In this document: in pieces, positions 33,179 through 42,634 of the stretch
Layout: every line of letters begins with the position of its first letter
Numbering within the stretch: the first letter of the stretch is position 1
Origin: an uncultured Planctomycetaceae bacterium
GTDB taxonomy: Bacteria; Planctomycetota; Planctomycetia; Planctomycetales; Planctomycetaceae
Length of the DNA: 64,000 nt
NCBI GenBank assembly: GCA_963815195.1
Contig: CAWFGE010000010.1
Span: 256,001 to 320,000 of the forward strand
Reading direction: 5' to 3'
Program-made: the position numbers and the translations under genes
Notes under the pieces: generated by a model
Database searches by the model: none
The model's input: the letters and a program-made list of their open reading frames with translations, nothing else
What the model was told of the DNA's origin: nothing

Positions 33179-33330
33179 AGGATTTGAATACGCCGGCCGC
33201 CCGCGGGAACATTCCCTCTTGACGGGTTACCGGAAACATCAGACAACAAAACCATGGTGAACAAGGCATTCCCTCGCCTTGGGACCGAGTTCTTTCCCGC
33301 CTCACATCGACCTTCGAGGAGAGCAAAATC

Positions 33331-35229
33331 ATGAAGCGCACCGGCTGGACCCGACTGATGACGATGTTACTGCTCGTCTGCCTGGGCATGTCTCCTCTCC
33401 TGGGCTGGACCGATGAGGATCCCGCGCCGAAGGACGCCAATGCCGCCGCGGAACCCGCCACGAAAGCCACAGGCGAGACGGAACCGGCCGCGGAGGGAAA
33501 GTCGGCGTTGGACCGGCAGCGCGAGGTCACGGCCCGCTATCGGCAGTTCGACCGCACGCTGCAAAAGATGGCCGACTACCTCCGCAAAACCGATCCCAAC
33601 AAGGCCGACATCCTCGTGCGGGCGATCCGGCTCAGCAAGGAAACCCGCGTCTCCGACCAGATGAACCGCGTGGTCCAGCTTTTGGAAAGCGATCAATTCG
33701 GCTCTGCGATCGAGCGCCAGGACGATGTGCTCCTCAGCCTGCACGCGATGCTCAAACTGCTCAACAGCGATGGAATCCTGGACGAAAACAAAGCCGAGCA
33801 GGCCCGCATTAAGGATCTGCTCAAAGATTTGGGCAAACTTTTGGGTAAGGAAAAAGACTTGCGGGCCAAGACCGAGCGCGGCGAAGACGCCAACCGCCTC
33901 GCCGAGGCCCAGGCCAAAGTCGCCAAGGAAACTAAAGAACTCGAAAACAAAATCGACGGCCAGGACGCCGCCAAAAACGCCGGCAAACCCGGCGAAGGCA
34001 AACCGGGAGATAAGAAGCCCGGCGAATCGAAACCCGGCGAGAGCAAGCCAGGAGAATCGAAGCCCGGCGAATCGAAACCAGGTGATAAAAAGCCCGGCGA
34101 ATCGAAACCGGGAGATAAAAAGCCCGGCGAGTCGAAACCAGGTGATAAAAAGCCCGGCGAATCGAAACCAGGTGATAAAAAGCCCGGCGAGTCGAAACCG
34201 GGAGATAAAAAGCCCGGCGAATCGAAACCCGGCGAATCCAAACCTGGAGAAAGCAAACCTGGAGAATCCAAACCGGGCGAAAGCAAACCCGGACAGAGTA
34301 AACCCGGGCAAAGCAAACCGGGCGAATCGAAACCGGGGGATCAAAAGCCCGGCGACCAGAAGCCCCAGGATCCCAATCAGCAATCGCAAGAAGACAACCG
34401 CAACAAACGCACGCCGGGCCGGGAAGAAATCGAAAAAGCCCGCGACGAGATGGAACGCGCCATCGAGGAACTGAAAAAGCAAAACCACGACGGTGCCTCC
34501 AAAGCCCAGGACGAGGCCATCAAAGATCTCCTCGCCGCCAAGGAAAAACTGGAGGAAATCCTCCGGCAGCTTCGCGACGAAGAGCGCGAACTCTTGCTGC
34601 TGGCCCTCGAAGCCCGCTTCCAGAAAATGCTCGCGATGCAGAAGCTGGTCTATCAGGGCACCAGGGATCTGGACCGCATCGACGCGTCCGCCTGGGCGGA
34701 ACGTCATTCCCAGCAGGCCTCGCAACTTTCGCGGGATGAAAACGAAATCGCCACCGACGCCCAGAAGGCGTTGACGCTTTTGAAGGAAGAAGGCTCGTCC
34801 GTGGCCTTCCCCGAAGCCGTCGAGCAGCTTCGCGAGGATATGCTGACCGTGGCCCGCCGGCTCGAAGACGATCACGTGGGCGAGATCACCCAGGCCATCG
34901 AGCGCGACATCATCGAAGCGTTGGCCGAGGCGATCGAAGCCCTCAAGAAGGAACTCGAAAAACTCAAGCAGAAAAAGAAGAACCCGCCGCCCAAGGAGGG
35001 CCAGCCGGCCGATCCGCCGCTGGTGGACATCCTGGCGGAACTGAAGATGCTCCGTTCGCTGCAGCTGCGGGTGAACCGCATGACCAAGCAGTTCGGCCGG
35101 ATGATCGACAGCCCCGACGGCGAACAGGCATTGAAAGCCGACGTGCTGGAGCAACTGCAGCGGCTGGGCATCCGCCAGTCCCGCATCCAGCAGGCGACTT
35201 ATGACCTGGCCACGGGGCGGAACAAGTAA
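33331..35229 (+). CDS. Exported coiled-coil protein with a KPG pentapeptide repeat
   Basis: Signal peptide, long helical regions, a central repeat and a C-terminal LAELKMLRSLQ.RVN..T motif. Confidence 0.85.
   Translation: MKRTGWTRLMTMLLLVCLGMSPLLGWTDEDPAPKDANAAAEPATKATGETEPAAEGKSALDRQREVTARYRQFDRTLQKMADYLRKTDPNKADILVRAIRLSKETRVSDQMNRVVQLLESDQFGSAIERQDDVLLSLHAMLKLLNSDGILDENKAEQARIKDLLKDLGKLLGKEKDLRAKTERGEDANRLAEAQAKVAKETKELENKIDGQDAAKNAGKPGEGKPGDKKPGESKPGESKPGESKPGESKPGDKKPGESKPGDKKPGESKPGDKKPGESKPGDKKPGESKPGDKKPGESKPGESKPGESKPGESKPGESKPGQSKPGQSKPGESKPGDQKPGDQKPQDPNQQSQEDNRNKRTPGREEIEKARDEMERAIEELKKQNHDGASKAQDEAIKDLLAAKEKLEEILRQLRDEERELLLLALEARFQKMLAMQKLVYQGTRDLDRIDASAWAERHSQQASQLSRDENEIATDAQKALTLLKEEGSSVAFPEAVEQLREDMLTVARRLEDDHVGEITQAIERDIIEALAEAIEALKKELEKLKQKKKNPPPKEGQPADPPLVDILAELKMLRSLQLRVNRMTKQFGRMIDSPDGEQALKADVLEQLQRLGIRQSRIQQATYDLATGRNK
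33985..34368 (+). repeat. Coding 15-bp tandem repeat, 26 units of KPG(E/D/Q)(S/K/Q/G)
   Basis: 25 KPG units plus a final KPQ, with synonymous codon variation between units. Confidence 0.95.
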
Positions 35230-35263
35230 GTTTTCCCACGTTCAACATTTTCACCGAATTGAC

Positions 35264-35340
35264 GTGAGGATAGAGGTTGGAGCAGAGAGGTTGGCGAATT
35301 GAAGAGATTCTAACCTCTGACTTCTATCCTCTAACCTCAC
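35264..35340. repeat. Heptamer-based (gaggtta-like) imperfect inverted repeat
   Basis: gtgaggatagaggttggagcagagaggttgg opposite ctaacctctgacttctatcctctaacctcac. Confidence 0.65.
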
Positions 35341-35379
35341 TCTGATTGTAATTCGGTTAACAGGAGAAGAGGCAAACGC

Positions 35380-36588
35380 ATGGGTATCGTGTCCACGTTA
35401 CTGGCGGCCGCCGTGTTGGCCGGGCCGCCGGTTGAGGTTTCCACGTTTGCGGGGGCCGAGCATCAGGGCGAACTCAAATCGCTCGCCGAGGGCAAGCTTG
35501 TGTTGTCCACGGAAGCCGGCGAGAAATCGATCGCGATGGAAGATGTGCTGGAGCTGCGTCTTCCGGAGAAGGGCGGATCCCCCTCCGAGCCGGCGCCCAA
35601 GGAGGTGCTGCTCACCGATGGCAGCCGCTTGAGCTGCGAGGAGGTGACCTCCACGAAGGATGAATTCATCTTCAAAACGACCTCGATGGGCACGCTGAAG
35701 ATCCCGGCCGAGGCGGTCAGCAGCGTGCGATTGGCTCCGCATTCCAACGCCCTCGCCGAGGAATGGAGCAAGCTCGCCAAACGGCAGGAAAACAAAGACC
35801 TGCTCGTGATCCCCAAGAACAACCTGCTCGACTTTCTCTCAGGCGTCGTCGGCCCGATTTCCGACGACAAGGTGCAATTCCTCCTGGGCGGCAATCCCGT
35901 GGGTGTTAACCGCGAGAAAGTGTTCGGGATGGTTTACGGCAACCGCAAGCCGCCGACCGCAACGGCCATCTGCCGGGCCAATTTGCCCAACAAGGATTCC
36001 GTGGAGTTCCAGTCGCTCACCTGGACCGGCAAGGGCTTCGAGGGCCGACTCTTGTCGGGCCCCGTGATCGCTCTGCCGACTGGAACCGTGGCGAACCTCG
36101 ATTTCAGCCTGGGGAAGGTGCAGTATCTCTCCGACATCACCCCGCGGAAAAAAGAAGTCACGGTGCCCCTCGCCATCGACGGGGCGCCGCCTTCGCCGAT
36201 CGAACTTAGCTACCACGATGTCAAAACCAATCAAAACTTCACCGGCAAGCCCTTGCAGCTTGGAAGCAAAGTTTACGCCCGGGGCCTGTGCATTCACTCG
36301 AAAACGGAACTCGCCTACCGGCTCAGCAAGGAGATGCGCCGCTTCCAGGCCATGATGGGCATCGACAACTACGTCGCCCAAAACGGGCTGGGCGATGTGC
36401 ACGTCGTCATCAAAGCCGACGATAAGACGCTCTTGGACACCATCGTCCGCGGCACCGACGAACCGAAGAAGCTGGACCTCGACGTCACCGGCGTCGTCGT
36501 CCTCGACATCCTCGTCGACTTCGTGGGCGACGACGACCTCGGCGTCGGCGACCACCTGGACCTGGCCGATGCCAAGTTCATCAAGTGA
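35380..36588 (+). CDS. NPCBM/NEW2 domain-containing exported protein
   Basis: Signal peptide; C-terminal G.PL.LG...Y.RGL..HS, F.A..GID, L.LDV.G...L and LADAK pattern. Confidence 0.85.
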   Translation: MGIVSTLLAAAVLAGPPVEVSTFAGAEHQGELKSLAEGKLVLSTEAGEKSIAMEDVLELRLPEKGGSPSEPAPKEVLLTDGSRLSCEEVTSTKDEFIFKTTSMGTLKIPAEAVSSVRLAPHSNALAEEWSKLAKRQENKDLLVIPKNNLLDFLSGVVGPISDDKVQFLLGGNPVGVNREKVFGMVYGNRKPPTATAICRANLPNKDSVEFQSLTWTGKGFEGRLLSGPVIALPTGTVANLDFSLGKVQYLSDITPRKKEVTVPLAIDGAPPSPIELSYHDVKTNQNFTGKPLQLGSKVYARGLCIHSKTELAYRLSKEMRRFQAMMGIDNYVAQNGLGDVHVVIKADDKTLLDTIVRGTDEPKKLDLDVTGVVVLDILVDFVGDDDLGVGDHLDLADAKFIK

Positions 36589-36760
36589 AATGAATCCTGA
36601 GCGGCACGGCGCTAGCCGCCGGCCTTGATATTGTGAGTATCCTTTCGTGGGCGAGGACGACCTCGGCGTTGGCGACCAAATAGCGAGGCGAGCGTGGGGC
36701 TTACGCCCGGGCTTACGCCCCATGATGATGTCGATTCGAAGAAAACATAAGGAACACGAG

Positions 36761-38521
36761 ATGAAAAAGCTGCCCACACTGTTGGCTCTGGCGGGTTTGA
36801 TGCTCTCCCCGGCGATGCCCGCCCGCGCGGTCGATCAGGCGGTGCTCGATGCCCAGAAAAAACGCGTCGAGGTCGTGGAGAAAGTCGCCCCCGCGGTCGT
36901 CGCCATCTTCGGACCGGGCGGCGGAGGCGGCGGGTCGGGCGTTTTGATCTCCAAAGATGGCTACGTCCTCACCAACTTCCACGTGACCAAGGGGTCCGGC
37001 GACTACATGCAGTGCGGCCTCAACGATGGGAAGCTCTACGACGGCATCGTCGTCGGCATCGACCCCACGGGCGACGTCGCCATGGTCAAGCTGCTCGGCC
37101 GAACCGATTTTCCCACCGCCCCTTTAGGCGACAGCGACAAACTCCAAGCCGGCGATTGGTCCTTCGCGATGGGGAACCCCTTCCTGCTCGCGACCGATTT
37201 CCGGCCGACGGTGACCTTCGGGATCATCAGCGGCGTGCACCGCTACCAATACCCGGCCGGCACCATCCTGGAATACACCGACTGCATCCAGACCGACACC
37301 TCGATCAACCCGGGAAACTCCGGCGGGCCGCTGTTCAACATGGACGGCGAACTCGTGGGCATCAACGGCCGCGGCTCGTTTGAAAAGCGTGGGCGGGTCA
37401 ATTCCGGGGCCGGCTATGCGATCTCCATCAATCAGATCAAGCATTTCATGGAGCACCTTAGAAGCGGGCGGATCGTCGATCACGCGACCTTGGGGGCCAC
37501 GGTTTATGCCCGCGATGACGGGGCGGTTGTCGTCGATCAGATTCTGGAAGAGTCCGAAGCCTACCGCCGGGGCCTCAGGGCCGATGATGAAATCGTCTCC
37601 TTCGGCGGCCGGTCGATCCGCAGCGTGAACCAGTTCAAGAACATCCTGGGCATCTATCCCAAGGGCTGGAAGATCCCGCTGGTTTACCGCAGGGACGGCG
37701 AGAAGCACACGATCTATCCCCGGCTCCGCGGACTGCACCACAAATCGGAATTCACCGCCAAGAAGCCCGAGCCCAAAATCCAGCCCCCGGACGGGCCCAA
37801 AGGCCGGCCGGGCGACAAGCCCAAGCTGCCGATCCCCCAAATCGGCCAAAAAAAGCCCGCGCTTCCCGACAAGTACAAGAAAATGCTCGTGAAGAAAGAG
37901 GGCTTCGCCAACTACTACTTCAATCAGCTCGAGCAAGACCGCACTTTGAAAGGCCTGAAAGACCTGGGTGATTTCGCGAGCGTCGGCGGGGCGTGGACGC
38001 TCACCGGAAAAACCGGCGAAGGCCAGGACTTCACCGCCAAGATCAACGACAAGCTCGTGGAACTCAAATGGGGCGATAAAGACTACACCCAGGACCTCAC
38101 CACCGGCGATTTTCAAAATGTCCCGCCGCAGAGCGGCGGCCTGCTTACCGCGCTCGGCCTTCTGCGGTGGATGCTCGCCGATCATGACGAGTTCACCGAG
38201 TTTTATTACCTGGGCAGCGAACCTTTGGACGGTCAGGGCGAGAAGGTCGATGTGATCGTCGCCACAAAAATCAATGTGGAAAGCCGCTGGTACTTTGGTC
38301 GCGACACGGGCGAGATGCTCGGCTTCGACACCCGCATCGCCGAGAACGAAGACGACTGCGAAATCCGCTTCACGGGCTGGAAAGAAATCGACGGCCGCAA
38401 GTTTCCAGCGATGGCGATCAGCAGCGGCGGCACAAAATTCGGCACGCTCGATGTCGCGCAGGCCGACCTCAAGCCATCCGAAGCGAAGCCGGCGAAAGAC
38501 GCGAAGTCTGAGCGAAAATGA
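36761..38521 (+). CDS. HtrA/S1C trypsin-like serine protease with PDZ (intact triad)
   Basis: TNFHV, GDVAM and QTDTSINPGNSGGPL; PDZ follows; signal peptide from ATG 36761. Confidence 0.92.
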   Translation: MKKLPTLLALAGLMLSPAMPARAVDQAVLDAQKKRVEVVEKVAPAVVAIFGPGGGGGGSGVLISKDGYVLTNFHVTKGSGDYMQCGLNDGKLYDGIVVGIDPTGDVAMVKLLGRTDFPTAPLGDSDKLQAGDWSFAMGNPFLLATDFRPTVTFGIISGVHRYQYPAGTILEYTDCIQTDTSINPGNSGGPLFNMDGELVGINGRGSFEKRGRVNSGAGYAISINQIKHFMEHLRSGRIVDHATLGATVYARDDGAVVVDQILEESEAYRRGLRADDEIVSFGGRSIRSVNQFKNILGIYPKGWKIPLVYRRDGEKHTIYPRLRGLHHKSEFTAKKPEPKIQPPDGPKGRPGDKPKLPIPQIGQKKPALPDKYKKMLVKKEGFANYYFNQLEQDRTLKGLKDLGDFASVGGAWTLTGKTGEGQDFTAKINDKLVELKWGDKDYTQDLTTGDFQNVPPQSGGLLTALGLLRWMLADHDEFTEFYYLGSEPLDGQGEKVDVIVATKINVESRWYFGRDTGEMLGFDTRIAENEDDCEIRFTGWKEIDGRKFPAMAISSGGTKFGTLDVAQADLKPSEAKPAKDAKSERK

Positions 38522-38566
38522 GAATGGAGGTTAGAAGAATGAAAACCGTCACATCGAGGCACGCAA

Positions 38567-39031
38567 ATGTTAAAGGAGTGTTCCAACCCCAAATGTACCG
38601 TGGAATACGCCCTTGAGTTTTCGCAATGTCCTGTGTGTCGAACCCCCGCATCTCCCGATGCAACCTTAGTAGACAATACGCCTATCGTGTGGAATCAAAC
38701 GGCCCCAAGCCGTCAAGAGGAGGAATCACATTGGATTGCGGCTTGGCGTCTGGTCTTGTGGGGCTTGGAATGCATCGGCGTGATTCTATTGTTGTGGGCA
38801 GTGATCGAGTATGCGAACTGGCGGTCGTTTGGACTGTTTGATTTTCCCGACAAACAATTTAGGATCGCATTGTTGGCTACGAGTATTTTATTGTTTTGTT
38901 GGCTTTCTCACTTCTTGCTTCCGCGAACGTCATCTGGAGTTCATCTTGAAGGTTGGGTCTTGTTAGGCTTGTTACTCTACTGGCCGACCTTTCTGATCGT
39001 GATCATGATTTTTTTTGCTCTTTGGATATAA
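38567..39031 (+). CDS. Small membrane protein with N-terminal zinc-ribbon-like Cys motifs
   Basis: CSNPKC...CPVC followed by three hydrophobic helices; visibly more AT-rich than its neighbours. Confidence 0.6.
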   Translation: MLKECSNPKCTVEYALEFSQCPVCRTPASPDATLVDNTPIVWNQTAPSRQEEESHWIAAWRLVLWGLECIGVILLLWAVIEYANWRSFGLFDFPDKQFRIALLATSILLFCWLSHFLLPRTSSGVHLEGWVLLGLLLYWPTFLIVIMIFFALWI

Positions 39032-39107
39032 AAACCGTAGCCGCATCTCACTCGGTCCGCGACCGAATCTGAATAATGTCGGGACAGTTTGTGGGGAGAG
39101 TTTTTCG

Positions 39108-40150
39108 ATGAATCGACGAGTAACATTTGTTTGGTTGACCAGCCTGATTCTGGGCGTCTTCGCGCAAACGGCGTTCGCTCAAGACGCGGAGGACGCACGG
39201 AAGACACGATCTCCTGGGCCGTTCGCCGGGTCGTTAAAATCTATGGCGCCGGGGGCGTCAAGAATCTTGCGGGCTATGGCACCGGGTTTTTGATCTCTCC
39301 GGAGGGCCATATCGTCACCGTCTGGAATACCGTGCTCGATGCCGATGAAGTCACCGTCGTCTTGAACGACGGCCGGCGTTATACGGGGAAGCTCCTGGGG
39401 GCCGAGCCGCAACTCGATGTGGCGGTGATCAAGCTCCAAAACGTCAACGGCGAGCTGCCGCATTTCGACTTGAGCGACTTGGGCGACGCGGCGGTGGGGA
39501 CGCGGATTTACGGGTTTAGCAATATGTTCAAAGTCGCCACCGGCGATGAGCCGGTCTCCGTGCTCCACGGCGTGATCTCCGCCAAGACCAAACTCAACGC
39601 CCGCCGCGGTTCGTTTGAAGTGCCCTACGACGGCCCGGTCTATGTCGTCGATGCCATCACCAACAACCCCGGAGCCGCGGGCGGCGTGATCACCACCACG
39701 GGCGGCAAGCTCCTGGGCGTCATCGGCAAGGAACTGCGAAACGCCGAGAGCAACACCTGGATCAACTACGCGATCCCCGTCACCGAGCTCAAGGACGTCA
39801 TCAAAGAGATCATCACTGGCAAGTACATCGAGCGCGAAAAGAAACCCGATGAGGACGAGAACCCCAACCGCTACCGGCCGCTCGATTTTGGCATCGTGTT
39901 GATTCCGGACATCCTCTACCGCACGCCGGCCTATGTCGAAACCGTCGTCAAAGGCTCCGCCGCCGAGAATCTGGGCCTCAAACCCGACGATTTGATCCTG
40001 TTCGTCAACGACAACCTGATCCAATCCAGCAAAGTCCTGCAAAAAGAACTCGGCGTGTTAGAAGCCGGTGACACCTTAAAGTTGATCGTCCGCCGAAAGA
40101 ACAAACTCATCTCCGTCGAAACTCCGGTGCCGGTGAAAGAGAAGAAATAA
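39108..40150 (+). CDS. S1C trypsin-like/PDZ protein lacking catalytic His and Ser (frameshift near 39197)
   Basis: Signal peptide MNRRVTFVWLTSLILG in one frame; protease fold (GTGFLISPEG.IVT, DVAVIKL, NNPGAAGG) and PDZ in ORF 39089..40150. Confidence 0.82.
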
Positions 40151-40205
40151 AGTGCTGATGACAAAGCCCAATGAATTCCCGGTCGTTTCCCAGGAAGTAC
40201 AGACA

Positions 40206-42176
40206 ATGCGAAACCAGATCATCCTGACCATTGCGGTCGTCGCTTTTTCGTCCTCTTTTGCGGCCGCTGAGGATCCGAAGCTCGACATGCTGGAGGAGCA
40301 GGCTTTCAAACAAGCCGCGGCTTTGGCGGAGCCCTCGATCGTTCGCATCGAGACCGTCGGCGGGTTGGACCGCGTGGGGCAGGTGCTCGTCGGAGACGGC
40401 CCCACGACGGGAGTGATCGTCTCCGAAGACGGCTACATCATTTCCAGCTCGTTTAACTTCGCCTCGAAACCTTCATCGATCGTGGTCCGCATGCCCGACG
40501 GCCGGCCCGCCGCCGCCAAGGTGGTCGCGACGGATCATTCCAAGATGCTCACGCTTTTGAAGATCGAGGCCAAGGATCTCACCGCCCCGCAGGTCGCTCC
40601 CAAAGATTCGATCAAAGTCGGCCAATGGGCGCTGGCGCTGGGGCGGACTTATGACAACTCGCTGCCCAGCGTGTCGGTGGGCATCGTAGTCGCCAAAGAC
40701 CGCATCTGGGGCCGGGCCATCCAGACCGATGCCAAAGTCTCGCCCGTCAACTACGGCGGTCCGTTGGTCAACGTCAAAGGCGAAGTCATGGGCGTTCTCG
40801 TGCCGCTTTCGACCCGAGGCGGCGGGGAAATCGCGGGCGTGGAATGGTACGACGGCGGCATCGGGTTCGCCATTCCAATGGCAGACATCCACCGCGTCTT
40901 GGACCGCCTCAAAGCCGGCGAGGATCTCAAAGCCGGTCTCCTGGGCATCACCTTCAAAGCCGCGGGAATGCTCGGCGGCGACCCAGTGGTCGACCGCGTC
41001 CGCGTCAACTCGCCCGCCGACGAAGCCGGGCTTAAAGAAGGCGACGTGATCGCCAAAGTCGACGACCACGACATCGTTCGCCAGGCCGACGTGAAGCACG
41101 CCCTCGGGAACAAGTACGCCGGCGAAGAAGTCACCGTCACGGTTAAAAGGGACGACAAGCCGATCACCAAAACCATCAAGCTCGTGGAGGAACTCACGCC
41201 CTACGAATCCGGCTTTTTGGGCATTTTGCCGATCCGGGAAAAAATCGGCGAACCGGCCGCGGCCGGCGTGGGCGTGCGGTATGTGTATGCCGACAGCCCC
41301 GCCGCCAAAGCAGGCCTCGATACCCGCGACCGGATCATCAAGTTCAATAATGAGCCGGTGAATAGCGCCGCGGAGCTGACGGACAAAGTCAGCCGGGTGA
41401 TGCCGGGCGAAAAAGCGACGCTGGTTTATGTTCGTGGCGACAAGGAGCAAAACGCCGAGGTGGAACTGGTCTCCATCCCGAATACGGTGCTTGCGGAGAT
41501 CCGCTCATCGCCGATTCCGCCGGGTGCGAAACCGGACAATCCCAAGGAAGCCCCCAAGACCGGCCGCTTCGACGACAAGGTCCCCGACAGCGAGACCAAC
41601 TACTGGGCCTACGTCCCGGACGATTACAACCCCGCCTACAACTACGGCCTCTTGGTGTGGATTCACCCCGGCGGCGACACGATGGAGCAGGAAATCCTGG
41701 ACGCCTGGAAGTCGATCGCCCAGCAGCGAAGCCTGATTTTGGTCGGCCCCAAGGCCCAGAAGATCAGCGGCTGGACGCCCAACGAAGCCGAGATCATTAA
41801 AGCCTTGGTCGAAGATCTTAAGGACAAATACAGCATCGCCCCGGCCCGGGTGTTCCTGCACACCTACACCAACGGCGGCCGGCTGGCGTATCCGCTCCTG
41901 TTCAAGCACCGCGACATGTTCCAAGGCTTGGCGTCCGTCACCTCGCCTTTGGCCGGTGCCCCCGGCGAGAACGATCCCGACTTCCGCCAGCAATTCCTCA
42001 TCGTCGTCGGGGAGAAAGACGACCTCAAACCCCGCGTGGACGCTTCCATCAAAGCACTCGAAAAACTCAAGTTTCCGGTCAGCAGCAGCGTGGTCAAAGA
42101 CCTCAAAGACAAATACCCGTCCAAAGAAACCATCGAAGAAATCGCCCGCTGGGCCGACAGCCTGGACAGGATTTGA
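40206..42176 (+). CDS. Degenerate S1C domain plus two PDZ domains plus alpha/beta-hydrolase-like domain
   Basis: IQTDAKVSPVNYGGPL, two SPA..AGL..GD-type PDZ segments, then YVP..Y.P....GLLVWIH and an esterase-like C-terminus. Confidence 0.85.
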   Translation: MRNQIILTIAVVAFSSSFAAAEDPKLDMLEEQAFKQAAALAEPSIVRIETVGGLDRVGQVLVGDGPTTGVIVSEDGYIISSSFNFASKPSSIVVRMPDGRPAAAKVVATDHSKMLTLLKIEAKDLTAPQVAPKDSIKVGQWALALGRTYDNSLPSVSVGIVVAKDRIWGRAIQTDAKVSPVNYGGPLVNVKGEVMGVLVPLSTRGGGEIAGVEWYDGGIGFAIPMADIHRVLDRLKAGEDLKAGLLGITFKAAGMLGGDPVVDRVRVNSPADEAGLKEGDVIAKVDDHDIVRQADVKHALGNKYAGEEVTVTVKRDDKPITKTIKLVEELTPYESGFLGILPIREKIGEPAAAGVGVRYVYADSPAAKAGLDTRDRIIKFNNEPVNSAAELTDKVSRVMPGEKATLVYVRGDKEQNAEVELVSIPNTVLAEIRSSPIPPGAKPDNPKEAPKTGRFDDKVPDSETNYWAYVPDDYNPAYNYGLLVWIHPGGDTMEQEILDAWKSIAQQRSLILVGPKAQKISGWTPNEAEIIKALVEDLKDKYSIAPARVFLHTYTNGGRLAYPLLFKHRDMFQGLASVTSPLAGAPGENDPDFRQQFLIVVGEKDDLKPRVDASIKALEKLKFPVSSSVVKDLKDKYPSKETIEEIARWADSLDRI

Positions 42177-42216
42177 CCGCTGCGGTTTTCGAGTTCGAAG
42201 GTTGTAAAATTCCAAT

Positions 42217-42522
42217 ATGATTCCAAAACTCTCCCAAGAACTCGCCGAAGCTCTCACCGCGAGTGGCGACGAACCGCTGGAAGTTGTCAATCCGAACGAC
42301 AACCGCACGTACGTTGTCGTTGATGGGGAAACGCATCGGCAGGCCATGCAGGCCCTCCGCCGCCAACAGGACCGCGAGGCCATCGCCGAGGGAATCGCCC
42401 AGATGGAAGCGGGCGAGGGAACCCCGATTGAGGACGCCTTTGAAGAAATCCTCGAATTGGACCGATTGGCGCGACGGGAAGCCTCCGCATCGCCCGGCGA
42501 CGCCGGTTCGGAACGTGATTAG
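42217..42522 (+). CDS. Small protein resembling a type II antitoxin
   Basis: PLEVV.P....TYVVV followed by AIAEGIAQMEAGEG.PIEDAF, typical of antitoxin C-terminal helices. Confidence 0.55.
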   Translation: MIPKLSQELAEALTASGDEPLEVVNPNDNRTYVVVDGETHRQAMQALRRQQDREAIAEGIAQMEAGEGTPIEDAFEEILELDRLARREASASPGDAGSERD

Positions 42523-42634
42523 AACCACCGGACCGGATTGACGGGTGCCGCTGGCAGTGTTTCAATAGAAGCGAAATTCTGTTCAGACGGCTTTGATTCG
42601 GTTCATCAATCGGCTTCCCAATGAGGAGAAAAGG

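Noticed and set aside
33367..35154. Long minus-strand ORFs with FRFAG/PGFDS repeats
   Set aside because: Antisense reading of the KPG repeat gene. Long shadow ORFs are common throughout this GC-rich window.
36520..36678. DGR template/variable repeat pair, given the Avd-like fold at 25.1 kb
   Set aside because: Only 35 bp long, the mismatches are C/G and C/T rather than adenine-specific, and no reverse transcriptase is in the window.
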